DNA from: an uncultured Alphaproteobacteria bacterium
GTDB taxonomy: Bacteria; Pseudomonadota; Alphaproteobacteria; Rickettsiales; UBA1997
Assembly (NCBI GenBank): GCA_903870105.1
Contig: CAIQBQ010000101.1
Location: 1 to 38,278 of the forward strand
DNA: 38,278 nucleotides
Direction of reading: 5' to 3'
Part shown: piece after piece, positions 18,395 to 28,957 of the stretch
Layout: every line of letters starts with the position of its first letter
Numbering within the stretch: the stretch's first letter is position 1
The notes under the pieces: model-generated
The model's database searches: none
Seen by the model: the letters and a program-made list of their open reading frames with translations, nothing else
Told to the model about the DNA's origin: nothing
Translations under genes and position numbers: made by a program

Positions 18395-18985
18395 TTAGCT
18401 CTTCATTTCTTTCATCATAAAAGGAATCTGAGAAATCGTGAAGAGCAGTGAAATCGGCATCATCCCAAATACTTTGAATTGCACCCAGAAATCAGTCGAG
18501 CAGTTGCGCCAGATGACTTCATTAAGCAGTGCTAAAAAAACAAAAAAACAAGCCCAGCGTATTGAAAGAGTAAGCCAGGCTTCGTTACGCATTTTGATTT
18601 GCTCGCCGAGAAGATATGAGAGTAGAGGTTTTTTGGCGAGGTAGCCGTAAAATAAAATTGCTGCAAAAATCAGATTGATGATCGTTGGTTTTATTTTGAT
18701 GAAGATGTCATTTTTTAGCAGAACTGTTAATCCGCCGAAGATAGCAAGAACAGTACCAGAAACCAATACTACCATAGAAATTTTTCTGGTTAGGACGTAG
18801 GAGATAATCAGTGCAAAAAAAGTAGTGATGACCATGTAGATCGTTGCGGTGATTAGCGGATCAGGAGTTTTGGCAAATTTATAACAGGCAAAAAAAACAA
18901 TTAACGGCAAATAATCGTAAAGAAATTTAGCAAAACCATCATGTGACTTTTTCTCTAATTTTTCTGGTGCGGATTTTTTTTTCAT
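18395..18985 (-). CDS. yciB: Intracellular septation protein A family inner-membrane protein (YciB/IspZ)
   Basis: It is a 196-aa polytopic membrane protein. Its N-terminal FAKFLYDYLPLIVFFACYKF segment and overall TM layout are typical of YciB. Confidence 0.75.
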   Translation of the reverse strand: MKKKSAPEKLEKKSHDGFAKFLYDYLPLIVFFACYKFAKTPDPLITATIYMVITTFFALIISYVLTRKISMVVLVSGTVLAIFGGLTVLLKNDIFIKIKPTIINLIFAAILFYGYLAKKPLLSYLLGEQIKMRNEAWLTLSIRWACFFVFLALLNEVIWRNCSTDFWVQFKVFGMMPISLLFTISQIPFMMKEMKS

Positions 18986-19566
18986 TGGCAGGAGGTTTGA
19001 GTGCTGGCGTTTGTATCTACTGATGTTACGGAAATCTGGTATCTCAAATCGGAATGATAAAAATTTAGCATGTCACTTATTTTTTGATCATTGCTCTTAA
19101 AGTCATTTGGAATGTTGATATTCCTGATTCCGCCACTCTTCATGCCGATGATGTTTTGTTCAACAATTCTGTTGAGATTGCTGCCAATAGTTAGTTTTTC
19201 TGAGCTTACCGTTTTTAATATTTTGTTATTTGCATCGTAGATTCCGTAAGCAATTTCAATTTCACTTCCGCAAGAAATTATGTTTTCACCCTTACCAATT
19301 TCTAGGTCTTCAATTGTAATTTTTGCTGTAGGATTAGTTTGATTAGGCCTGAACTCCTTGCCTTCTTGAGCCGTGTTTACACTGGAAATAATAAAGCGAC
19401 TTTTATTTTTTGCTTCATTGAAAGTTTTACTAACTTCTTCTTTCGAGAGGCGATTACCAAGAGAGTCTGGCTTCTCTTTGTTAGAAAAAAGTGCGAAGTA
19501 AAGAATGGCGCCGATACCAATAAATTTTATTAGTGGGATGCGTAAAATATCTAAAATTTTATTCAT
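18982..19566 (-). CDS. Membrane-anchored FKBP-type peptidyl-prolyl isomerase-like protein
   Basis: It has an N-terminal TM helix. The C-terminal segment GSEIEIAYGIYDANNKILKTVSSEKLTIGSNLNRIVEQNIIGMKSGGIRNINIP follows the FKBP pattern (V.V.Y.G....f.lG....i.g...GMk.GG.R...IP). It has 4-nt overlaps with both neighbours. Confidence 0.5.
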   Translation of the reverse strand: MNKILDILRIPLIKFIGIGAILYFALFSNKEKPDSLGNRLSKEEVSKTFNEAKNKSRFIISSVNTAQEGKEFRPNQTNPTAKITIEDLEIGKGENIISCGSEIEIAYGIYDANNKILKTVSSEKLTIGSNLNRIVEQNIIGMKSGGIRNINIPNDFKSNDQKISDMLNFYHSDLRYQISVTSVDTNASTQTSCQ

Positions 19567-20162
19567 AAAATTACTGGTCCTTGACGGAGAATTGTGATTT
19601 TGTTGTCGATGATTTTAGCCACGGTTGATGCGGGTTGATGAGATATCTCGCCTTCAATTAATAAATCGATATTGGGAAAAATATTTTTAATTTCATCGGG
19701 ATTTGTGGCTGCTATTGCGCCACTAATATTCACGCTAGTTACAGCTAAAATTCCGTCAAATTTTTTGAATAATTCTTTGACGAAAAAATTATCCACAACC
19801 CGAAATCCTAAAAAATTATCGGAATTTTTATTGAGGTTGGAAGCTATATATAAAAAGGCCTCATCGCGTGTTTGTAAAACTAGAGTTAGTGCGCCAGGTA
19901 AAAATTTCTTAGCGATTTCTTCTGCTTTTTTTTCGAAGAAAAAAATCTTTTTTGCCGCTTCGAGATCTTTAACAAAAATCGCAATCGGCTTTTTTGGATC
20001 GCGATTTTTGATTTGGTAAAGAGCCTCTACGGCCTTGAAATTGCTAGCATCAGAGGCGAGTGCGTAAACTGTGTCAGTAGAAAAAGAAATTATTTTTCCA
20101 TCGCGCAAAAACTCAGAAGCTAGCGTCGCGGCATTAGAATCATTTTCGTTAATTACTAGCAT
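19563..20162 (-). CDS. tsaC: L-threonylcarbamoyladenylate synthase (TsaC/YrdC family)
   Basis: It is 199 aa with YrdC-fold motifs ISFSTDTVYALASDA, PIAIFV, ALTLVL, GFRVVDN, AVTSVNISG and STVAKI. Confidence 0.85.
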   Translation of the reverse strand: MLVINENDSNAATLASEFLRDGKIISFSTDTVYALASDASNFKAVEALYQIKNRDPKKPIAIFVKDLEAAKKIFFFEKKAEEIAKKFLPGALTLVLQTRDEAFLYIASNLNKNSDNFLGFRVVDNFFVKELFKKFDGILAVTSVNISGAIAATNPDEIKNIFPNIDLLIEGEISHQPASTVAKIIDNKITILRQGPVIL

Positions 20163-20790
20163 GAAGTATTGATTTTATTGGCTCAAATGACTTGCGATGA
20201 AACTCGCAAATTCCATGTTCACGAATTTTTTCACGATGAAATTTAGTTGGATATCCAGCATGTTTGGCAAAGCCGTATTGCGGATATTTTTGATCTAGGT
20301 CACACATGATTTGATCGCGAGTTTCTTTAGCAATAATCGATGCTGCGGCGATCGAAAAACTTTTTTGATCGCCTTTTACAATCGCTAAAATTTCATTGAT
20401 TTCATCTTGTTTTTTGAAGGGAATAAAATTGCCATCGACCAGAATTATTTGCGGATAAATTTTATATTTATTCTGCAAATCTAAATAGGCACGAAGCATT
20501 GCCAACTTGGTTGCTTCAAGAATATTGATTTTATCAATTATTTTTTCGTCAACAATTCCGACGCCAAATTTTGCTTTGTTTTTTAGTTCAAAAAAGATTT
20601 TTTTACGTCGCAATTTTGAGAGTTTTTTTGAGTCATTAATCTCGCAGTTATTTCCATCAAAAAAATCTCTCCGATCAAGAATTACGCAAGCAGCCACAAC
20701 CGGCCCAGCAAGAGGTCCGCGACCAGCTTCATCAATGCCGGCAATAAATAAATTATGGTAATTATTTTCGATTAAAAAACTCGGTTGCAT
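20149..20790 (-). CDS. rnhB: Ribonuclease HII
   Basis: It carries the GIDEAGRGPLAGPVVAA catalytic motif, plus SIAAASIIAK and a GYP...H tail. Confidence 0.92.
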   Translation of the reverse strand: MQPSFLIENNYHNLFIAGIDEAGRGPLAGPVVAACVILDRRDFFDGNNCEINDSKKLSKLRRKKIFFELKNKAKFGVGIVDEKIIDKINILEATKLAMLRAYLDLQNKYKIYPQIILVDGNFIPFKKQDEINEILAIVKGDQKSFSIAAASIIAKETRDQIMCDLDQKYPQYGFAKHAGYPTKFHREKIREHGICEFHRKSFEPIKSILHASN

Positions 20791-20853
20791 TTGTAGTTAC
20801 TTTTCTCTTTATTGCGCGCCCCTTCTTTCGTAAATTAATTCTAACATAATCCC

Positions 20854-21744
20854 ATGTCATTCATAAATAAAAATCTTGGCGACAAACCTTCCTTGGTTAA
20901 GCCAATCGCAGTTGTTATTGTTGTGCTACTTTTAGTCGGTGGAACCTATACCTTTTTCGGTAGTAAGAAATCTGAAAAACCAGCTGGCGAAGAAGCCAAG
21001 AAAGAAGCTCCAATCAATGAGGGTGATATTATGGGAGCGGGTGTAAAACCAAGTGGAATAGACAAGGATGACAAAGTTAAGAATGTTGAAGATGTTGAAA
21101 AAGTAGTTGCAAAATGGATTGAAGCTAATCCTCACATCATTCTTCAATCAGTTGCTAACATGCAAAAAAAGATGGGCGAAGATCGCATGAAAAATGCTCA
21201 ACAAAATATTGGTGCCAAGAAAGAAGAAATTTTTAACAACAAAAATTCTGCCTCTTACTCACCTGCAGATGCTGACGTAACTGTAGTTGAATTCTTTGAT
21301 TACAACTGTGGCTATTGCAAGAAAGCCCATGCATCTCTTGAGCAATTCCTACAAGGAGATAAAAAAGTTAAAGTTGTTTACAAAGAGTTTCCAATCCTTG
21401 GCCAACCTTCAATGGAAATGGCGCAAGTTTCTGTCGCAGTTAACCTTAACTTCCCAGAATCTTACAAAAAATTTCATGATGCTTTGATGAAATCTAACGA
21501 ACACGGAAAAGCCGGAGCTTTGAAAATCGTTAAATCAGTTGGTCTTAATTCCGCTAAAGTTGAAGAATCTTTGAAGAGTAAAAAAGAAAAGATCGATTCC
21601 GTGATTCAAGAAAATCTTACTCTTGGTAATTTAATTGGAATCAACGGAACTCCAGGTTTTGTAATCGGTGAAGAATTGTTCCCAGGCGCCATGGAAACCC
21701 AAGCTCTTAAAGATAAAGTCGCCGCAGTTAGAGCTGCAAAATAG
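20854..21744 (+). CDS. DsbA-family thiol:disulfide oxidoreductase (Com1-like periplasmic/outer-membrane-associated protein)
   Basis: It has an N-terminal TM/signal anchor. The thioredoxin fold carries a CxxC active site (FFDYNCGYCKK) and a cis-Pro region (GINGTPGFVIG). Confidence 0.75.
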   Translation: MSFINKNLGDKPSLVKPIAVVIVVLLLVGGTYTFFGSKKSEKPAGEEAKKEAPINEGDIMGAGVKPSGIDKDDKVKNVEDVEKVVAKWIEANPHIILQSVANMQKKMGEDRMKNAQQNIGAKKEEIFNNKNSASYSPADADVTVVEFFDYNCGYCKKAHASLEQFLQGDKKVKVVYKEFPILGQPSMEMAQVSVAVNLNFPESYKKFHDALMKSNEHGKAGALKIVKSVGLNSAKVEESLKSKKEKIDSVIQENLTLGNLIGINGTPGFVIGEELFPGAMETQALKDKVAAVRAAK

Positions 21745-23010
21745 ATGGAAGTCACTGATTTGTCACCAGCGCAATCTGCGGTAGTCGATGCTTTTGAAAA
21801 AGGCAAAAACCTTTTTATCACAGGCGGCGCGGGTAGTGGCAAATCTTACCTCTTAAGTTTTCTTAAAAGAAATTATGCCAGTCGCGGTCTTGAAGTGACC
21901 GCTAGCACCGGTATTGCTGCGGTCAATATTGGAGGCACAACAATCCATTCTTGGGCAGGGATTGGACTTGCTAACCTCCCTATCGAACAAATTATCGACA
22001 ATATCTTCACAGCGAAATTTTCACGAGTGCGGCGCAAGATCAAGCAGGCCAATGCCCTGGCTATTGATGAAGTTTCGATGATTTCGCGAGAAGTTTTTGA
22101 AATTCTTAATCAGGTTTTTCAGGCGGTGCGCGAAAATGATAAGCCAATGGGCGGCATTCAGATGTTGTTATTTGGTGATTTTTTACAGCTTCCGCCGGTG
22201 AATCGAGGTAGTAGTTATTTTAATTTTTGCTTTAACTCTCAAACCTGGCGCGACCTTGATTTACAGGCCGCAGTGCTTAATGGAAGTTTTCGCCAAGGCG
22301 ACAAGAATTTTGTAAAAATTCTGAATAATTTACGCATCGGAACTCTTGATAAAAGTGATCGTGAAGTCTTGGAATCAAGAATCTCTGTAAGCGACGATGG
22401 CGTGATTCGTCCGACGATTTTGACTACCCATAATCTCAAAGTTGAAGAAATAAATTCTTTGGAGCTGAAGAAAATTCCACGCGAAGAAATAGTTCATATT
22501 GCAGAATATTTTGGCGAGCCATCGCGAATTGAATTTTTAAAGAAAAATTGTTTAGCGGCCGAAATGTTGAAATTAAAGATCGGGGCGCAGGTGATGATGA
22601 TTAAAAATACTTATCAAAAAGAAGGAATAATTAATGGATCGCTTGGAGTTGTGCGTGATTTTTCATCGCGTAAATCACATCCCGTAATCGAGTTTGAGAA
22701 TAAAAAAATTATCACAATTGCGCCTGAAGAATGGTTAATTGAAAAATTCGATAACGATAAAAAAATTGTTGTAACCGAGGCGGGAGTAAGTCAGGTGCCA
22801 TTGATTCTTGCTTGGGCAATAACGATTCACAAATCACAGGGCTTGACCCTAGACAAGATTTCTTGTGATTTGTCTGACGCTTTCAGTCCCGGTCAAGTCT
22901 ATGTAGCATTATCACGCGCCCGTTGTCTTGAAGGTGTTTTTATTAAGTCGATTAATTTTGAAAAAATTTTTGCCGACTCAAATGCTGTGAAATTTTACCA
23001 GAGCCTTTAA
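21745..23010 (+). CDS. Pif1-family (RecD-like SF1B) ATP-dependent DNA helicase
   Basis: Walker A is GGAGSGKS and motif II is AIDEVSMIS. The Pif1 signature region is [27 protein letters not shown]. Motifs V and VI are [12 protein letters not shown] and YVALSRAR. Confidence 0.8.
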   Translation: MEVTDLSPAQSAVVDAFEKGKNLFITGGAGSGKSYLLSFLKRNYASRGLEVTASTGIAAVNIGGTTIHSWAGIGLANLPIEQIIDNIFTAKFSRVRRKIKQANALAIDEVSMISREVFEILNQVFQAVRENDKPMGGIQMLLFGDFLQLPPVNRGSSYFNFCFNSQTWRDLDLQAAVLNGSFRQGDKNFVKILNNLRIGTLDKSDREVLESRISVSDDGVIRPTILTTHNLKVEEINSLELKKIPREEIVHIAEYFGEPSRIEFLKKNCLAAEMLKLKIGAQVMMIKNTYQKEGIINGSLGVVRDFSSRKSHPVIEFENKKIITIAPEEWLIEKFDNDKKIVVTEAGVSQVPLILAWAITIHKSQGLTLDKISCDLSDAFSPGQVYVALSRARCLEGVFIKSINFEKIFADSNAVKFYQSL

Positions 23011-24182
23011 TGTTAGAGCCTTTCAAACAAGCAATTGAAAACCTCAAAGAGGAAAATCGTTACCGCGAATTCTCAAATATTTCACGGATTTGCGGTGAAT
23101 TTCCTCGTGCGATTAATAATCAAAATGGTAAGAAAATTACCATTTGGTGTTCGAATGATTACTTAGGCTCTGGGCAAAATAAGGAAGCTTTAGAGAGGGC
23201 TGAAGAAGCTTTAAAGCTCTATGGACTTGGTGCGGGAGGTACGAGAAATATTTCTGGAACTAGTAACATTTTGATTGAGCTCGAAAATGAAATCGCAAAA
23301 TTACACAGCAAAGAATCTGCGTTGAGTTTTGTTTCTGGTTACGTCGCCAATGATGCGACGATTCAAACTTTAGCAAAAATTTTGCCAGATTTAGTAATTT
23401 TCTCTGACAAAAAAAATCATGCCTCGATTGTTGCCGGCATTAGAAATAGTCGCGCTACCAAAGAAATTTTTCGTCACAATGATGTAATTCATCTCGAAGA
23501 ATTACTAAAAAAATATCCGACAAAACAAGCAAAAATAATTGTCTTCGAAGCAGTCTACTCAATGGACGGTGACTTTGGTGAAATTGCTAAAATTATCAAT
23601 CTTGCTAAAAAATATTCAGCCCTAACTTATATTGATGAAGTGCATGCGGTTGGACTTTACGGAAAAACTGGCGCTGGTTTGTGCCAAGAGTTAGGCTTGT
23701 CTGACCAGATTGATATCATTCAAGGAACTTGTGCAAAAGCCTTTGGAACAATCGGTGGTTATATTGCAGGAAAAGCCGAGATCATTGATGCGATTCGCTG
23801 TCTTGCCTCTGGATTTATTTTTACAACTGCGCTTCCACCGGTAATTGTTGCGGCAACTATTTCCAATATTCGCCAGGCGCAAATTGACGATTCAGCGCGC
23901 AAAGCTCTGCACAAAAATGTTGCATTGTTGAAGGCGGAGTTAGCTCAAGCAGGCATCGAAATAATTAAAAATAAGTCACATATAGTTTCGATAGTAATTG
24001 GCGATGCTGCTAAGGCTAAAGAGATTTCAAAGAGGTTGCTTGCAGAGTTTAACATTTATGTTCAGCACATTAATTATCCAACAGTCGCTAAGGGCGATGA
24101 GCGCCTGCGCATTACAGTAACGCCACTTCACAGTGTTTCAATGATCAAAGATTTAATTCTCGCCTTGCAGAAAGTGCTCTAA
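23010..24182 (+). CDS. hemA: 5-aminolevulinate synthase (C4 haem pathway)
   Basis: It is an alpha-oxoamine synthase fold with an ALAS-type N-terminus ([28 protein letters not shown]). YSMDGD is present, and the PLP lysine lies in GTCAKAFG. Confidence 0.85.
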   Translation: MLEPFKQAIENLKEENRYREFSNISRICGEFPRAINNQNGKKITIWCSNDYLGSGQNKEALERAEEALKLYGLGAGGTRNISGTSNILIELENEIAKLHSKESALSFVSGYVANDATIQTLAKILPDLVIFSDKKNHASIVAGIRNSRATKEIFRHNDVIHLEELLKKYPTKQAKIIVFEAVYSMDGDFGEIAKIINLAKKYSALTYIDEVHAVGLYGKTGAGLCQELGLSDQIDIIQGTCAKAFGTIGGYIAGKAEIIDAIRCLASGFIFTTALPPVIVAATISNIRQAQIDDSARKALHKNVALLKAELAQAGIEIIKNKSHIVSIVIGDAAKAKEISKRLLAEFNIYVQHINYPTVAKGDERLRITVTPLHSVSMIKDLILALQKVL

Positions 24183-24560
24183 AATTATTGCCGCAGCGAT
24201 ATCGTCGACAAATTTATTTTTTTTACGCGAAAGCGGCGAAGCGTGAATTTCTTTGGCTTCGAAACTACTTAAACTTTCATCAAACAGAGTGATAGGAATT
24301 TTTTTCTCCAAAATCTTTTCGAGATTTTCGGCGAAATTTTTGATGATCTTGCAAGTGTCTACGTAGCCAATCGGAAGCCCAATTACGATTCCAACAACCT
24401 CATTTTCTTCAGCAAATTCTTTGATTCTAATGAGATCGGAAGAGTTGTTATGACGATTAAAAATTGCTCGCGGAGTGGCGATTAATCTAGTTGCATCACA
24501 AGTTGCGATGCCGATTCTTTTCGTGCCAACATCAAGTGCCATTAGGCGACCGTTTTTCAT
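24153..24560 (-). CDS. ruvX: Putative pre-16S rRNA nuclease / Holliday junction resolvase-like protein YqgF (RuvX)
   Basis: It is 135 aa with an N-terminal [14 protein letters not shown] motif, plus GLP and DES motifs. Its 3' end overlaps the hemA 3' end by 30 nt, tail to tail. Confidence 0.85.
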   Translation of the reverse strand: MKNGRLMALDVGTKRIGIATCDATRLIATPRAIFNRHNNSSDLIRIKEFAEENEVVGIVIGLPIGYVDTCKIIKNFAENLEKILEKKIPITLFDESLSSFEAKEIHASPLSRKKNKFVDDIAAAIILEHFLQGEN

Positions 24561-24576
24561 TTAAATTTTTTAAAAA

Positions 24577-24867
24577 ATGTCTGAGATCAGTGAGAAAGAT
24601 TTTAAAAAAATTTCTCGTTTAGCAAGAATTGAAATTCCTGAACAAAATCGCGAAACGTTAGCGAAAGAAGTCAGCAGCATCATTGCCTGGGTTGAAAAAT
24701 TAAATGAAGTTAATGTAACAAATGTTGAGCCATTAACTAATGTTCATGAAATGTCGCTACGTTTAAATCGAGACGAGATCTCTGACGGCAACCTTGCCGA
24801 GGATGTTTTGAAAAATGCTAAAAATGCGAAATACGGATATTATGCGGTGCCAAAAGTAATCGAGTAA
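24577..24867 (+). CDS. gatC: Asp/Glu-tRNA(Asn/Gln) amidotransferase subunit C
   Basis: It is 96 aa with LARIEI...E and WVEKLNEVNV typical for GatC. It is followed by hdaA rather than gatA. Confidence 0.9.
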   Translation: MSEISEKDFKKISRLARIEIPEQNRETLAKEVSSIIAWVEKLNEVNVTNVEPLTNVHEMSLRLNRDEISDGNLAEDVLKNAKNAKYGYYAVPKVIE

Positions 24868-24868
24868 T

Positions 24869-25465
24869 TTGAGTCAACTATCTTTTTCATTCCAAGACGA
24901 AACGAATTTTTACCGTGAAGAAGATTTTCTTGCGCTTGCAGAAAATCTTTTGGCGCAGAATTTTTTGCAGAAGTTTTTTGCGCAGAAAAAATTTTCCTCT
25001 GCCCAACTACCATCCTTGATTTTAAAGGGTGCTGAGGCATCGGGAAAAACTCATCTATTGCGAATTTTTGTTCAAAAATTCTCTGCTACATTTTTGAACA
25101 AAGAAGAAATTTATTCTACGAATCCAATTGAATTCTTTCGCGCTAATCATTTTTACATTCTCGAAGATTTTTACAAAATTACTGACGAAGAATCATTGCT
25201 GCGCCTAGTAAATTCGGCCCATGAGGCTGGGGCGTTTTTGCTATTGAGCACGAGAGAATTACAGAGTTTTCATCTTAAGGATCTTAATTCGCGCCTCAAA
25301 AATATTGTGATTGTTGCAATTGAAAATCCTGGAATTGAGGCGATGGAGCATTTATTGATGAATCGTCTTGCTCGCAGGCAGATTAGACCTTCGAAACGCT
25401 TGATTAAATCTATTCTTAATCGAATTGAGAGAAGTTATGCAGCGGTTAATGGAGAAATTTCCTAA
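24869..25465 (+). CDS. hdaA: DnaA regulatory inactivator HdaA-like AAA+ protein
   Basis: The TTG start lies 1 nt after the gatC stop. The N-terminal QLSFSF clamp-binding-like motif and Walker A-like GAEASGKTHLL match Hda, and the length is ~200 aa. Confidence 0.65.
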   Translation: MSQLSFSFQDETNFYREEDFLALAENLLAQNFLQKFFAQKKFSSAQLPSLILKGAEASGKTHLLRIFVQKFSATFLNKEEIYSTNPIEFFRANHFYILEDFYKITDEESLLRLVNSAHEAGAFLLLSTRELQSFHLKDLNSRLKNIVIVAIENPGIEAMEHLLMNRLARRQIRPSKRLIKSILNRIERSYAAVNGEIS

Positions 25466-25700
25466 AAAATTGATGGTTCTCAAGCATTTTAATCGCGAAT
25501 CAAAATGAAATTTTTTCCGCAAGAATAAAAGTAATTTTGTTCGCAAATCCAATGAGATCAACCTCTTGAGAGCTGCGCCGCGTTAAAAATTATCTACTAG
25601 TTATTCCTGCGAATGAGATAATCAAAAAGCATTAATCTTCGCTTCAAAATTCGTTGTTCTGAATTTTGGATTTAACGGAGTATAATTAATTCTATTTTGC

Positions 25701-26942
25701 TTACTTCTTTCCTAGCCCGTAAGCATCATGAAGAACTCTAACCGCTAGTTCGCCATATTCCTTTTCAATCAACACTGAAATTTTTATTTCTGAAGTTGAG
25801 ATTAAAAGTAGGTTAATACCTTTTTCTGCCAATGTTTTGAACATTGTGTGAGCAACGCCAGAATGGCTAATCATGCCAACTCCAATAACTGAAATTTTGG
25901 CGATATTGCCGTCAATTTTTAGCTCAGAATATTTTACTTCATCTTTGATTGATTCAATCGCCAGCTTAGCGCGCTCAAGCTCATCTACTCCTGCGGTAAA
26001 GGTGATATCGATGAATTTCCCACTCGAGCTTATATTCTGAACAATCATGTCGACATTTACTTCCTTTTGCGCCAGTGCCCCAAAAATTGTGGCTGAAAGA
26101 CCTGGGTGATCAGGCATGTTAGTCAAGGTAATGCGTACGTCGTTTTTGCTGTAGCTAATGCCGGTAATGAGTCTGCGTTCCATAATTTCCTCGTTGTTAT
26201 TGACTAAAACTGTTCCTGAATTTTCGTTCACTTCCTCAAAAGTTGAGAGCACACGCACTCGCACATTGTGAGCCATTGCCATTGCGACCGAGCGGGTTTG
26301 TAAAACTTTTGATCCGCTATAGGCCATCTCCAACATTTCTTCGTAAGTAACTTTTTTCAAACGGCGCGCCTTTTCGGTGATGCGGGGATCTGTCGTGTAA
26401 ACTCCGCTAACATCAGTGTAAATGTCGCACAGATCGGCTTTTACTGCGGCAGCAATAGCAACTGCAGAGGTATCCGAACCGCCGCGACCAAGCGTGGTAA
26501 CACGATTTGATTCTTCGTGAATTCCTTGAAATCCGGCGATTACAATTACATCAAATTCATTGAGCAGGCCAAGCAAATAATCACCATCGATTGAATCGAT
26601 GCGAGCCTTACTATGAATGGAATCTGTTTTAATTGAAATTTGCCATCCCAAGAGCGATCTAGCTTTGTAGCCGATTGATTGTAGTTCGAGCGCGAGCAAT
26701 CCACAGGTAACTTGTTCGCCAGTGGCAATCACGGAATCATACTCACTAAGTGAAATATTATCGGTTAGAGACGAAACTTGGTTGCAGTAATCAACAAGTT
26801 GATTAGTCACGCCGGACATTGCCGAAACAACAACAATTACCTTGTTATTTTTGTCGAGTTCGGCCTTAACTTTTTTTGCGACATTCTTAATGCGAGAAAT
26901 ATCGCCGACCGAAGTGCCTCCAAATTTTTGAACAATGATCAT
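25701..26942 (-). CDS. lysC: Aspartate kinase
   Basis: It has the VQKFGGTSVG N-terminus, GRGGSDT, and two C-terminal ACT-like repeats. Confidence 0.92.
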   Translation of the reverse strand: MIIVQKFGGTSVGDISRIKNVAKKVKAELDKNNKVIVVVSAMSGVTNQLVDYCNQVSSLTDNISLSEYDSVIATGEQVTCGLLALELQSIGYKARSLLGWQISIKTDSIHSKARIDSIDGDYLLGLLNEFDVIVIAGFQGIHEESNRVTTLGRGGSDTSAVAIAAAVKADLCDIYTDVSGVYTTDPRITEKARRLKKVTYEEMLEMAYSGSKVLQTRSVAMAMAHNVRVRVLSTFEEVNENSGTVLVNNNEEIMERRLITGISYSKNDVRITLTNMPDHPGLSATIFGALAQKEVNVDMIVQNISSSGKFIDITFTAGVDELERAKLAIESIKDEVKYSELKIDGNIAKISVIGVGMISHSGVAHTMFKTLAEKGINLLLISTSEIKISVLIEKEYGELAVRVLHDAYGLGKK

Positions 26943-27022
26943 TCTGAAATTTATGATTTATGATTTAAGAATGACGATTTAAGGTGTCGCTATTTCTAGG
27001 TCAAAATTTAAATCAAATTTTC

Positions 27023-28957
27023 ATGTTTTTCTTCCGCAAACTCGCTAAAAGTATTTTTTTTAAAATCATCTTAGCCTTTGTAGCCCTAAGCTTTGTACTG
27101 TTTGGTGTTAGTAGTTTTATTCTCGGTAGTCCAAATACTTGGGTAGCGAAAATTGGCGGCGACACAATTAGTTACGGCCAATTCAATTCTGCTTTGCGCT
27201 CTGATCGCGAATTCATTCTCGCTTCAGGCAACAAGAGTGAAGAGGCTTTAAAATATCTTGAATCTGAGCGTTTCAAGTCAGACGTTCTTGGGCGCCTAGT
27301 TAATCAAGTGATGATAAAAAAATTGACAGATGACTTCGATGTGTCGGCAAGCAAAAAAATCATTCTTGAATCGATTGCTAGAGATCCAAGTTTTAAGAAT
27401 GAGAGTGGCAAATTTGATCGTAAAAAATTTGAAGCATTTCTCAAAAAAAATGGTCTTAATGAAGAGAGATATGTGAGTGAAATTGCCAATGGAATTGCCG
27501 CAAACATGATTTTACAATCCATTGCTATTGCTGCTCCGATGAGCGATTCATTGATTGCTGAAATTGAAAATTTTAAACAAGAAAAACGAGTTGCTGATGT
27601 AATAACAATCTCATCCAAAAATGTTGGAAATATTGCCAAACCGAGTGAAAAGGAATTGCAAAAATTCTTTACAGAAAACCAGACTCAATATGCTTTGCCT
27701 GAGCGTCGTAAAGTTTCTTATTTAAGCTTTTCTAAAAAAGATTTTGGAAAGGATTTACAGATTTCTGATCAAGAAATTTTCGCTGAATATGAGAAGAATA
27801 AAGAGCAGTATACTAAGCCAGAAAAGCGTAGTTTTTATCACGTAGTTTTTGACAAAGAAATTGAGGCAAAAAATTTCTTACAAAAATTTGAAGAGTCTGC
27901 CAATGCAGATAGATCAAATGTTAAAACTGAGTTTGAAAAATTAGCAAAGGAGTTGGCTAAGAAGGATTTGAAATCGATTACGCTATCTAAAGTTTCACAA
28001 AAAGATCTGATCCCGCAAATCTCTGAGTCAATTTTTAAATTAGCCGCAAATGAGAATAGTAGTATAGTTACAAGCCCTCTCGGCTTTCATGTTTTTCTAC
28101 TTAACGAGATCGCGCAGCCGCAACTAATTCCTTTTTCAGAAGTTAAAAATGGCATTAAGCAAACTATGGCAGAAGGCAGAACAGAGAAGGTTCTGCAGGA
28201 AAAAATGTCAGCAATTGATGACCTGCTTTTGACGAGTAATTCACTTGCGGAAGTGGCAAAGAAATTTGGCCTAAAGGTTAGTTTGGCATCGGTTATGATT
28301 GATGAAAATAGTAGAAATGAAAAAGGTGAAGAAGTTTCTGAAATCAAGGCTTTCGACAATTTTGCTAAAAATGCTTTTGCATTAAAGGTGAAGCAAGCTT
28401 CAAAAGTTTTTTACTCTAAAAACTCAGAAGGATTTTACGCGGTAGAAGTAGAGGAAATTCTACCTTCTAAGCAGCGCGAATTGGTAGAGATTAATAATAT
28501 AGTTACTGCAGATTTAGTATCGGTTAAGCTCAAAGAGGCCTTAGGTGAATTGTCTCGCAAGATTGGAGAAGAGGTAAAACAAAATCCAAATGAAGTGGCA
28601 AAAATTGCTGCGAGATATCGCGTTAAATTTGATAAGGCTCGCGAATTTCCGCGTATTTTTTACCTGAACTTTCAAGGTCAACAAGTGCCTTACCAGGATC
28701 AATTTTTGAAAGATTTATTCGCGATTACTGTCGATCAAGCCACGCCAATAAACTCTAAAGGAGAAGATGAATTCTTAATTGGAGTATTGCGTGAGATTAA
28801 AAAATCTACGGTGAATCCAATGCAACTTGAGCAGACTAAAAGGCAATCTGCAGAAGAATTTAGAAAGGAAGTAATGAGCGACTACAATGCCTATCTACTA
28901 AACCGCTATCCAGTAAAAACCAACGACAAGATTTTTGCTAAGCAAGAGGAGAAATAG
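27023..28957 (+). CDS. ppiD: Periplasmic chaperone / peptidyl-prolyl isomerase PpiD (SurA-N plus parvulin-like domain)
   Basis: The preferred start is ATG 27023 (MFFFRKLAKSIFFKIILAFVALSFVLFG TM anchor). The protein is long and Lys/Glu-rich with a rotamase-like core (SPLGFHVFLLNEI). Its position upstream of trpE is a common alphaproteobacterial neighbourhood. Confidence 0.75.
   Translation: MFFFRKLAKSIFFKIILAFVALSFVLFGVSSFILGSPNTWVAKIGGDTISYGQFNSALRSDREFILASGNKSEEALKYLESERFKSDVLGRLVNQVMIKKLTDDFDVSASKKIILESIARDPSFKNESGKFDRKKFEAFLKKNGLNEERYVSEIANGIAANMILQSIAIAAPMSDSLIAEIENFKQEKRVADVITISSKNVGNIAKPSEKELQKFFTENQTQYALPERRKVSYLSFSKKDFGKDLQISDQEIFAEYEKNKEQYTKPEKRSFYHVVFDKEIEAKNFLQKFEESANADRSNVKTEFEKLAKELAKKDLKSITLSKVSQKDLIPQISESIFKLAANENSSIVTSPLGFHVFLLNEIAQPQLIPFSEVKNGIKQTMAEGRTEKVLQEKMSAIDDLLLTSNSLAEVAKKFGLKVSLASVMIDENSRNEKGEEVSEIKAFDNFAKNAFALKVKQASKVFYSKNSEGFYAVEVEEILPSKQRELVEINNIVTADLVSVKLKEALGELSRKIGEEVKQNPNEVAKIAARYRVKFDKAREFPRIFYLNFQGQQVPYQDQFLKDLFAITVDQATPINSKGEDEFLIGVLREIKKSTVNPMQLEQTKRQSAEEFRKEVMSDYNAYLLNRYPVKTNDKIFAKQEEK

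Noticed and set aside
23010-24182. An alternative call for the hemA ORF as 8-amino-7-oxononanoate synthase (BioF) or Kbl.
   Set aside because: The N-terminal Y-R-x-F...R.....FP.A and WCSNDYLG motifs are characteristic of 5-aminolevulinate synthase. No bio genes are adjacent. This still merits confirmation by HMM or phylogeny.
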